Assembly: GCA_047967505.1 (NCBI GenBank)
Contig: CM106538.1
Direction: 5' to 3' (one strand)
From: Dipteris shenzhenensis
Lineage: Eukaryota
Length of the DNA: 64,000 bases
Shown here: positions 26,901-38,900 of the stretch, piece by piece
Numbering within the stretch: the stretch's first letter is position 1
How the letters are laid out: each line of letters begins with the position of its first letter
Program-made: the position numbers and the translations under genes
The notes under the pieces: model-generated
What the model saw: only the letters and a program-made list of their open reading frames with translations
Told to the model about the DNA's origin: nothing
Databases searched by the model: none

Positions 26901-29900
26901 TTCGAATCCTACCCTCTTGAATAATGTGCACTCCTCTTAGACATAGCTTAAATAAATAAATTAACCCAAATAAGTTAATTAATCCATGGACAAACATAAG
27001 TTAATTAGCCTCCATGATCCAAAACAAATAGGAATAAAATAAAGTTGAGATTAGGCAAGAGGCGTTACAAAAATTGGAATTAACCACAAATTAATGAGCC
27101 ACAAGAATCATGATCCAAAATAACAAAGAAAACTATGGACAAAGGAAAGAGATAGCAACACTGCATGGGTCCAATCTGCCCCCTCTAGATGATGGCTCTT
27201 GGTTCCCATCAGAATATTCATAATTGCATATTCCAAAGGCAAAGAGCCAAGAATAGTGCATCTAAAACCATCCCTTTTTCCCAAAGTACAAGATTCCTTT
27301 TACAAAGCCACTTTGGACTCACTTTATCCAAAATTATCTACGTCCCTTACTTTTTACAAAGCCACTTTGGGCTTACTTTATCCAAAAATGGAATATGCCT
27401 TCTATCCACAAATATTGCCTAAGGTTTCACATTATCAATCAAATACAAAATACCCCCTTGTTAGTTCCATCACTTGTACTCAAGCCATCAATTATATTAG
27501 TTGTTAACAATCAAGTGAACAAATCACCAACTCAATCAATCCCAATACAATTGCGCTTAAAGTACAATAATCAAACATAACACCAATAACACTAGCGACA
27601 TCCATATTAACATGGAATCATCCACAATACCAACCATCTAGCGTGGCAAATCACAAGCTAGTTAAGTGTCCCCAACAAAACCACACAAAGTATCCACTAG
27701 GACCCTTGCCATGTCCGATGCACTCCTATGGAATACTTTGCCATAGGCACACTTGACTAAAAATAAAATAATGTCCATAGCAAGAAATATCAGGAAATAC
27801 AATTTCGTACAAGAGGATCCAAATGGGGAGGATTGTTGGCATGCTAGCCACAGCAAAGCATTGGTACATACTGGGAGTATCTCAGAGGTTTTCTTGAGAT
27901 CTCCCACTTCCTTGGCTATTAGCACATAGAGCCCTTGCAGTGGGACCTTGGCCATGCTCATGATGTGGTTTCGCAGACGAAACTCAGAGGCACTGCATTT
28001 ACTGGCACATGAGGTTTGAAGGAGAGCTTTGAGGATGGTATTTGCTAGGACTCAGGATGAGATGGTGGTGACCTGGGGAGCAGTAACCTAGGTTACAAAT
28101 AGAGGACTTGCTTGTGGTTACGAGCACATTCAGGGGAGCTTGTCCTTCAGACTGCTACGGCAGGAGTTGATCTTCATCCCTAATGTGAAGAACCAAACTT
28201 TTCGAGAATGCAAATGTATGCAATGCATGCAGAATGTGAATACCAATTGGCCCTTCAATCGAGAAGAGCGCCCTCGTGAGAGTACTTGTTTCTATTTCGA
28301 CCTACCTGCAAGGGGTGTGTGTGAAATGGCGGATGAATGCAAGGTGAATGAAGAATGCAACGTGAGATTCACAATGAAAGGGTGATACCCTTTCATTAAT
28401 GAAAGGGTGATACCCTTTCATTAATGTCCCTTGAGATCACTCAAGTTCCATCTTCCCATTTACACCTACCCTTAGCCTGTGACCCATGCATCTACCATTC
28501 AATGCACTTTAATGCACCCTTCTCTTCCTATTGCCCCTAGGACCTAGACACGTGTGTGCACATTTTTATTAATAGAATAAGTGTCACATGTCCAATGTTA
28601 CACCATTGGCATATAATATATAATAATGTTTTAATGTCTACTAATCACAAATTAGTGATTTCTCTTGTCATGACACCCTACTTAGAACTTCACGGAGACA
28701 AGGTGGACACTTGGAGACTCCAAGGAGACTCAAATAGCACAGGGTGTAGGAGGGAGGATTTTATCAGTATATGGGAGCCAGGCCCTTTCCTTCATTTCAC
28801 AGATGGTGGTATAATATGGCATTATAAACCACCAGAGTGGCTATTTCTTCAGCCCTTTGTATGAGGTAATCCCCATAGAGCAGCCAGCCATGGGGTTATC
28901 ATATTATACCTTCCTCGGGGAGTTTTTTTCCCTTGTCCGTGTCACGATGGAGTATACTAATAGAATGTTCTATTCTCTGAAAAAAAAGGTACTGAAATTC
29001 TGTTACCCTATGGAAGTTGTGATTGAAGGGTATTATAAGGATTTTTATTCACTGGCTTTGCTCTGCAATGATATCTTGCAGTTTTAAAGAATGAGTTCTG
29101 CAAAAGTATCAAATTGTGCCACTCTACAACAATTGTGATTGAATGGCATTGCAAGGGACTTCTTGTCATTGTCTTTGCTCTGTAATGCAAACCCTCGATA
29201 TGGCCAAAGTTCACCTCAATTTCCAGGAGATGATTAACACTGTTCATGTTGGTCCATAAATAAATGTGCAATACTTGAGTAGACATATCTTTATACATCT
29301 GACCACCTATTTTTGAGACATGATGATACAACTAAGAAAACAGCAGTATATGTATTGTAATCCATACTATGCATGGAAAACTTCACAACTCACAAGCGCT
29401 GTGAGCAGATTCTCATGAACTCATGCACTCAGACCAAACACATTTTGTGATGCTAGATTTGGGAGCAAACCTGATCTTTCTCTATTAACATGACATCTAC
29501 AGTCTTTGGCATGATTTGCTCTCTCTATAAAATTCTTAAAGTGTAGGTAGCAAGTTAGTTCAAGGATTCAAGTCAGTCAGGCTCATTATTAGAGTCTTGG
29601 CATCACAATCCACAATTGGTAAGGTTTATTGACATCATTTAGTAATTAAGGATTAGACTCCTAGGCGTACTGGAAGTATGGAGCTCTTCCAAGAGGAAAG
29701 GACTCACCCAGCAACAAGGCACACTCAGCCTTAACCTGACAACCTAAGTGAAATAGCAGCGAATATCTAAATTTTAGTTAAATAACAGGTTATCAGTCAC
29801 CTCAATCTGGACATTTGTATGCAATCTAAATGTTACTTGTATGTAACATTACTACACTATATTTTTAGAATTCCTGCACGTCGTGAAAACATGATGGCGT

Positions 29901-32900
29901 GCAAAACTGAAAAAAAGTTACAAATGTCTTACCTGTGACCTTAACTTCAAAATCTCCTGAGCAAGACTTTCATTTGTTCTTCTCATATCATCTTCGATTA
30001 ACTTTGGGGAGGTAAGACCCATCAAAGTTGGGGTCGGAGTTGTAGAACGAGGAGGACTTGGCCTTCTTGAAGGTATGGGAGACGTGGCTCTGGATACAAT
30101 TCTTGACTGCGGAACTGAAGCAGACAGTAATCTTCTAGAGGGCCCAAAAGCTGGATATTGTGACAATCCATTTCGAACAGGTGAAACACGGCTACTTGAT
30201 GTCTCTGTTTTCCTGTTACGTTTTGAATATAATTTGGATTCATTGAGCTTGAACTGTTCGAGAGCCGTCAGCTTAGACATGGGTGGTTGAGGCCGTGGGA
30301 CCTTTGCATCCAATTTCTCTTGTCTCTCTTTGCTATCAACTTGTCGTCTTGTGGCTCCCCCCCTTTTATTCCCAAGTCCTTGAAATATAGCACCAGTTTC
30401 AGCTGCTTTCTTCAACTTAACATAGCATGGTTCACAAACACGATAGGGTTTATTGGGGTTTGGAGCCATTGATGCCTTCAATGCCTTTTTGGAGCTGCAG
30501 GCATGACAAAAGACAAGCCCACAGTTGTAACAATTATGGCGCTTTCTAGTAAATCCAAAGGGCTGTCTACAACCTGAGCACATTGAATGATCAGCCCCTG
30601 ATACCCACTTATGAAGGCAAATAGCTGCTGAAAAGCTAGAACCACAGGCAATACTCTTAACCTGTTTGTCCTTCAATGCCTCAACTAATGTTGGAGTTTT
30701 TTTGTCTTCAAAATCTCCATGCCCCAGCCTTCCATTAGCTCCTTTCCCCCAAGTGTATACTTCTGTCTTCGATGTCAAGACTGCCACATGGAATGCACCG
30801 CAAGCTATCTCGTCTACAAATGCTTCACGGAGCTTGTTCTCAACTCGTACGGGAACCTTTCCCTGTGCATGAGGATCTCCTAACTGCCCGTAGACTGTGC
30901 TTCCCATTGTGAAAACTTGGCCCAAAGTGGTGAGTGCCACAGTAAGACTATGTCCACAAGCCACCTGCCGGATATTGTACTCTACAAGAGCTGCTACACA
31001 GGTTGGCACAAGCTTTTGTTCCTTGTCGCCATGCCCCAGCCGACCTTTGTCACCATCTCCCCAAGTGAAAAGTTTCCCAGATGAACAAGTACTACCACCA
31101 GCTGAGCCTGCCATCACTTCTACAATTGCAGCTGTATGCCAAACACCACAGGCTACCCTAACTGTTTTTAATCCCTTCAAAGAATCCACTTCTCTGGGAG
31201 AAGATGCACTGCTCCTGTCACCATGACCAAGCACCCCAAAAGTACCATCGCCAAAAGTGAACAGTTGCCCTGCAGAAGCAACCAGAGCTGTGTGCCAAGG
31301 ACCACAAGAAACTGCTGCCACATGCAGCCCCTCAAGTGGACCATTTACTCTCTTAGGCATCCAGTGGCTCACATCATTACCGTGACCTAGAAGTCCAAAA
31401 TTATGAGTCCCATCACCCCATGTGTAAAGTTCCCCTGAGAGGGTTACGGCACAAGAATGATACTCACCACAAGCAATAAGTTCTACATTTGTGTTTGCAA
31501 GAGCCTCAACAAGCTGAGGATGCGAAACATCCGCATCAATTCCATGTCCAAGTCGCCCTCCAGATTCTTCACCCCAGCAAAAGACCTCACCTTGCTTGGT
31601 GACCAAAGCAGCATGCCTACCACCACAAGCAACAGTTTGAACATCCAGTACCACTGTAGACTCCATAGCCTTGGGAAGGTCTGCATCCATCTTTGCTCCT
31701 ACTGCTTGGCCGACTCTGTATGGACCACCACCTAAGATCCCATCTCCAATCCCTTCCCCCCACATGTATACATCACCCAAGGCATCGCCATCATCCTGCC
31801 CTGAACCCTGACTTGAGGAGCTTACAGCACTTGACATACTAACCCTAAAAGCTTCCAGGGACGCTACACGAATCTGTGAATGCACACTATCTGAGCCCAT
31901 ATCTGAGCCTACCGAGTGTACAGATCCACCAACTGAATTTGATTCAAAAAAACTCTTCGAGCTTATGGGGCGCAAATCATCCTCTGATAATGCCTTCCCT
32001 GATCCACGACGAGGAGGACTACCATAGGGACTTGGGCTACATAGTGTGTCTCCAGCTTCCTGAATTGTTAAGATAATGCAGATCAATAATCTACAGTGCA
32101 TGAAGATAAAGGACCACAGCGGTGCATGACCCTTGTGGAAAATCTTAAGATAAAAGGACCACAACATGGTGCATGGTGCTCGTGGAAAATGTAACAAAAT
32201 ATGAAGTAGCACTCTCAAGGAAATTTTAAGTGCATGGAATTAGATGCGAACACACAAGCTTTGACTAAAGCTTTGAACATAATCTGATAAAGTCAATCTA
32301 CATTCTCATCTTGCAGGGTTCCAATCCTGCCACCACTCTACTAGCCCAGGTTGCTGCATGTCTTTCAATGCACATTTTCAAAGACATGATGTTTGTCCAG
32401 CATCCACAAAACCCAACTTACCTGATTCAAGCTTTCAGTGCTTCCAAAAGGAGAGCTCAAAGGGGAGTTCTTTCTAGTGTGTCCAACCGGGCTATTGGCA
32501 TCAGAAGATGCTGCTCCATCGCTTTTTGCATCAAATTTCCACTTTCTATTCTGGCCTCCAGAGACAAGTGCCCTAAGCCCTGTAAACCAAACTTCTGCTT
32601 CTTCTTTGTCTTTGCATATCTGCCAATGAAGTAAACACAAGGTGAAATCAACACGATAACTGGATGAAATTTGCACTGCTTCACAGCAATCAGCTTCTGT
32701 GATAATAGAAAGGTCCATAGCACATCCTTCGAATTAACTTAGCTTTTAAGCAGCATCAAGTCATTCTTAACTTACCTCAGACATGCTTTATTGAATTCCC
32801 CTTATTTAAGCATTACTTTGGAATAGTGATAATGCAAAGAAGATTAAATTGTACCAAATCGAGAGAGCGGTCATCACAGATCAACGAGAAGGACTGGTAC

Positions 32901-35900
32901 TCCTTTTCAGGACGTGGATACCGCTGGAAAATTGCCTGCAGTCATATCAGTAAACCCCATTTCCTGCATTAAAGGTGATTGCTTCCATGAATCAAGGGTA
33001 TGACAACAATAAATTCAACTCATCCACATTCACGAATGTATTACAAGACCATCATCAGCCATGCTACTCACAGTACGTTGGCCTGGTACAATTCTAGACA
33101 CCGCACTCAGTCTGAGCTGCTTTTCTTCTTTTCCAGAGAACCAGATCAGAGATGATTCATCCTGCACAAAGATAAATACCCTATATCAAAGAGCACAACT
33201 TCCCATGACAACTAGATCTGCATGGTGTTTCAGCAGATAAAATACTGTCGAAAGATTTGCTCACAACAAGCTCATACATGTGCAGGAATTTGGAATACTT
33301 CAAACATACCAAAAAATAACAACTGCAGACTAAGTTTGCTAGTTGCATGATTTTGTGCACACATAACTGATTCACCTCATGCAATAAAAGCATAAATCTT
33401 CTTTTCCTGCAGTATAAAATCAGAAGGACCCTCAAAAATATCCACCTAGATTAAATTTGGGACTATTCTCAAACACTACATGTAACATGGAAGCATAATT
33501 TTCAATCTTATCTCTGCCACCAAGTTACAAATCACCAGATTGGGACTGGCTAGTATAACATCCCCACTGAATTCTCAGCACCCAACTGTATGTAAATGCT
33601 CATGCTCTCATGCGGGCACACATATTCACATCACAAGCATACATAACCACTATTTATACGCATGAAAACATAACAATATGTTCACAAACATGGGAATACA
33701 TTATATCCATATCTCCATACTAAGATTTACATATAAATAACAATCAGGTAATTTTGCAGAACAGAACATTTAACGTTTCATGTTTCATTGAGAAATGTCT
33801 ATCACCCCTGGATCAGAATGTTTGCCAAGAAAAGTGTTTGTTTTCATAACACACAGGCTTTGATAGCCTAACGTAAGTACTCTCAAGTAAAATATAAACA
33901 ACACATCATGCACATGCACATGTCTATGAGCACGACTGTAAGTCATAAATAATGTAACTGATATTACATAATCATACAAACATAACAAAAGGTCTATAAT
34001 TATAAACATATACGATATGTATAGAATAAAAGCGAGAAGTCAGAAAGCATATATTAAAGCCAAGAAGACCACACCTCACACTTTTCTTCAAGGAAGAAAA
34101 GCAAAAAGAACACAACCCAGTTTTAGGTTGTTTTGTGTTTAAAATCAGATCCCTTTTCAGCTTTATGCTAGTATGTAAATGCTCACTGAAAATCCCAAAC
34201 AAAACTCTGCTTCATATCTATATCAAAGGGAACTAGCCATTAGCATCCTATGAAATATCGTCTTACACATCAGACCCATAAATCCCATACTTACATTTGA
34301 AAGTCTAAAAGGGCAGAATTTCGGCTTCCCCCTACGTCCATACTTCAATAAGTATGCTCCTTTCTTCAACGCAGTGACAGCCTTCTCATGCACCAAATCA
34401 TGACAAATTAGTCCAAATTTGGCCAAGCAATGTCTTGAAAATGTTGAAAATGATAAAAAGCCAATTTCAAACGCATTACTATATCAAAGCACATTAATCT
34501 TTCACAGCATGAGATGCAGGGGCAGTGATGGTAATCAGTATGCACCTTTATTTCTTAGATACCTATGTAAGATAATATAAGCACAATTTCCACATTGACA
34601 TGAGTTACTAAGTCGTAATCTATTGGCCTGAACATTAAATGTTCTAATTTGAATATCTTCACTGATCTCAGAAAGCCACCTTGGCCTTTGAAGTTTGCAT
34701 GAGATATATGTCCTAAATGAACATAGACTTTTGCATGAGATATGTGTCCTAAATGACCACAAAGCATAAAAATGTATTGAAGCATCAAAATTGAGAACAT
34801 CATATCTTTAAAACGCGCCTTGCTGACAATAAAACAGTGATGTAATTTTCTTTTGGATCCTATTTTAGATTGCTAACAAAAGACCCCAAACATAATGCGC
34901 TTTATCAATCAGGCAACTGTTGCCATCAAGAAGTCACTAAGGTCTGCTGTGAAAACAAACTGCATGTATTGTCTTGAATCGCAGGTGCAAAAGAAAACAA
35001 AATGTTGAATAGGCCTATCTTCTGACAAGAATATCCATATATGTGGACAGGTGCCGGGGTAGATAAACAAATTTTGAAAGGCAAGCAATAATACCTGAGC
35101 AAGATGTTTTGAGGATCATTTTAATAGAATGGACCAGAACCACAATGATATCATTGTAGCTATTTACTACTTAAATGAAAACAGTTGAGCTAATGTTGCA
35201 AGAGACAACAAGCTGCAGAGAACAGAAAACAGCTTGAACTTGTCTGCACGCTTCCCTAAGGGAGACTCTACTTTAGGATTGAATAATTTGTATACATTTG
35301 TAAGACTATAATATATCCAATCGTACAAATTTAGATTTTTTGTTGTTCTAAAGTCCAAAAATCTACACAAAAAATAAAAGAGAAAACGAAAGAGAAGAAA
35401 AAAGAGACAATGATATTTTTTGAAAAACAAGGAAGGCATACTTAGCAAGCAAAGGAACACTTATGTCGTCGTCTGTGCCCAAGCATAAGCAGCTATACTG
35501 GGTTTCTAAAGACCCACGGAGTCTCTTGAGCAAACCCGATGCTTACTAAAATACATCAAATAAACAAAAGAGAAAGAAAAATAATAATAATAATAAAGAA
35601 GAAAGGAAGAAGGTGACTAAGCAAAAATAAACGAGCAAATCAAGAAACAAAATCGAAAAAACAAGAATAAATCTCTCTCCCTCTCTCTCTGTCTCTCTCT
35701 CTCGTAGGAATGAAAGAAAGAATTTATAGAATCAATGAATTATTTAAAACGTAAAAAACTAAATGAACCCCTTACACTTATGCACCGCTTCCTACAAAGA
35801 TGCAAAATTACATTCCTAACTTAGAAAGCACATGCATACTCAATCAAACTCTCTTGTGAAACTAAAAGAAAAATGGGCTATTCAGCTCCCCGCTTTTTGT

Positions 35901-38900
35901 TTTCACCTTATGTCCAATCATTCTAAACATGCCTAAGGCCGATACACCATAGATTAAAGACTTCATATCTAAGACTGTGCGTACCTTTTTCATTATTTTT
36001 CTTGGATTATACCTCGTGTATTAGTAAAGTGATCACATTACTACATTGAGTGATAAAAAATCCTGAGTTGTACAACGTCGGGCAAATCTATGGAATGGGG
36101 AAGAAATGACTCCATATTTTGCCAAATCAGAAGTGAGGCATTTTTATAATGTGTAAACCACTATATTCACATTGTTCACGTTTATCATATATATCAACCT
36201 CTAATCCTATGGGAGATTGATGAAAGTCTAAGATCTAAGAAAACACAAGAATCCCCTCTTGAAGTGTAGTTTAGTTCACAAGAGTCACGAGGATAGATTC
36301 CTTCTCCAAAAAGCGTCTTTGTACATAAATTCTTGAAAGTAAAGAAAATCTGGTACAAATAAATCCTCTATAAAATGCCTAGCTTGGCTAAGCTTATGTA
36401 AAATGATAGGTAAGGTATTGATAGAAATAAGACATTGCATAAACTCGAATTCATAAGTGAAAAGATATTTTGCTAAAAAGACAGCACAATTAGTGCCCAT
36501 AGGGATTCCTATTATTTGTTGAAACAAAGAATCACCTATTGTGATGTAAAAATTATCTAAAAGAAAATCTATCCAAGAGCAAACATCTTCAACAGTTACT
36601 ACCTTTGTGTACTTTTCTTTTTAGAATCGATGTCATGATCTTTATTATTAAGCCACAAAAAGTCAAAACATAAAGATGTTTTCTTAACTTTTAGCACTTT
36701 GCATCTATCTTTGTCAAATCTTCAGCCATAGTTTTTTCATCCTACAGAATCCAGCTTGAATGCAAGGGGACATCTGCCACATTTAATAAGTCCCTCCAAA
36801 GTTCATGGACACTAGGCAACATGGCTTTGAAGCAATAGCTTAGCCATTTAGAGGCATCTATCAAAGTAGTCTCACAAGAAGCTACAATAAATCTTGGCTT
36901 TTTTGGAGTTTTGTGAAACTTCCAAGCAGCATAAAGAAAAGGGATACTCAGATTGAAATATTTTCCTGAATAAAGATATCCTAGTTGGCTAATGGTCAGT
37001 AGCAAAAATTGGATCTCTATAAATTTCTCTCTTTTATAATAATCGATCCAGAATAAGTTTCCTATATTATGGTCAAGCAGAGTTTCCTTGTCCTCCAAAG
37101 GAAAATCAACTAAAGTTTAAACAAAATTTCTTAGAGAAATGGGGCTAGCTTTCCAAAATTCCAACCATGAAGCGGAATACTTTCCCAGGTGAAGATCCAA
37201 ACTAAAGCAGCATTCAACATCCAAACTAAAGCGGAATAATTTCCCAGGCTAAAGCAGCATTCACATTCACTTATAGGTCAACGTGTGCACAAATATAACT
37301 CACAAGAACCTTCAGATATGGGGAGGCACCAGAATAGGTCCATCTTCATACAAAAGGTAGCACTCACAATGGCCTACATGCTGACCTAGCTGACCTAGCA
37401 CTCAGTTGAGAGCTCTAGATCTGCTCCAAAACTGCCAAACACTTTGCTTGCTGCGCTGCTCACACGTGAGCTTCAAGTTGACTTGCAGTGAATGCATTAG
37501 GCTGGGCACCAGACCTCTTTATCTCGGGGAGGGGCTGGTCTGCACCACCCCACTCATGAGCTGGACGACTTACGCCTAAGAGGCCGGCCGACCCTAGGCC
37601 AACCGAGAGTCTACCCTAGGGCTGACTCAAACCAGGCCCCACCAACCTGGTCGACCACCCTGATTGGCCAACTCCTGCTAGGCCTGTAAATGGCCTCTAC
37701 CAGCAGCCAATTGTCAGCCCCTATACTGGGCCCTATACTAACTCCAGCCATGGCCCTCCATAGACCCAGATCTGCCCTCTTCCAGGGCCAGATTCACACA
37801 CTCATGCTGGCCATATGCTGCAGCCCATGTGGCTCAATATCGCCCCCCCCCCCCCCTGAATCTAGCCCATCATGCTGCCTTTGATCCAGCTCCATCTTCA
37901 TGGTGATATCCTTTTGACAGCCACACTTGCTAGATGCTTGCGAAGTGGAAAATATGGTGTCTACATTAGTAGGCTTTTGAACTTAACATCTACAATGCCT
38001 GCCTCTCTCAAGGTTGGTCGAGGTGAACAATATAATCTTCCCACTGTGATGAAAGAATTAACAGCAAACAATCTGTAAATACCTGTTGCTTAGATAAGAA
38101 CTGGATGGAACTCTCTCACAAACATAGGTCAAGGTTCTTGATTTGAGTTCTGCTGTACCAGGTCCAACAGCAGCAAACCAGCCATGACGTGAAGTCAACT
38201 TTAGGGCTCAACTTGCCTGGGTCTGGTCCACAGCCTGTGTTGACTGATGGTATGACTTGTTGGGATAGCCAATGAAGATGCCTATGTATCTGTGGAAGAT
38301 CAAAAAGAGAAGAGCTAAAAACAGCAGCTAATCATGGGTTGGTACATGCTCCCCTCCTTCAAACAATGGAGATATTCCTATAAATTCTCGAGCAAATATC
38401 TGCATTAAATGCACAAACTTCAGAAACATGGAAGAAATGCCAGCAATTGTGGGCGAACATTGCAGATGGAGACTCGCAGAAATCAAGCCAGACAAATTTG
38501 AAAAGTGTAAAAGAAGCTGTGGGCTTTGAATTGCCCAATCTGCTCCAAGAATTGTACCAACGTCAAATCTCCCCAAATATTTGTTATCATGCATAGATCA
38601 GCCTGGATATAGTTCAGCCTACAAGTGCATTGAGCTCCAAGCCAGATAATCATCACTTGAACCAAAATGTTAAAAGTTGTACTTTCTTGAAGCTGAATCA
38701 GCTCCATTTTCTCTTAAAGGCAATATGGACCTCCTCAAATGTCATTTAAATTTCATCTTCGATCTTCTAAACACATGCTCACAAAGAAGTTTTGTATCAT
38801 GTAATCAAAAACCATACAATCTTTAACCAAAAAGTAAAATCCTATCTGGGAACAAATGATTTTTAAAAAGTCAATCTGTGCACTTGAGAGGAATTGCACC

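Noticed and set aside
26849-26920. Functional tRNA gene
   Set aside because: Only the A and B boxes survive; acceptor and anticodon stems do not pair.
28373-28426. CRISPR-like palindromic repeats
   Set aside because: Two directly adjacent copies, no spacers, no cas genes, eukaryotic context.
32060-32218. N-terminal 53 aa of the 766-aa ORF as a protein start
   Set aside because: It lies in intron 5; homology begins after the CAG acceptor at 32059.
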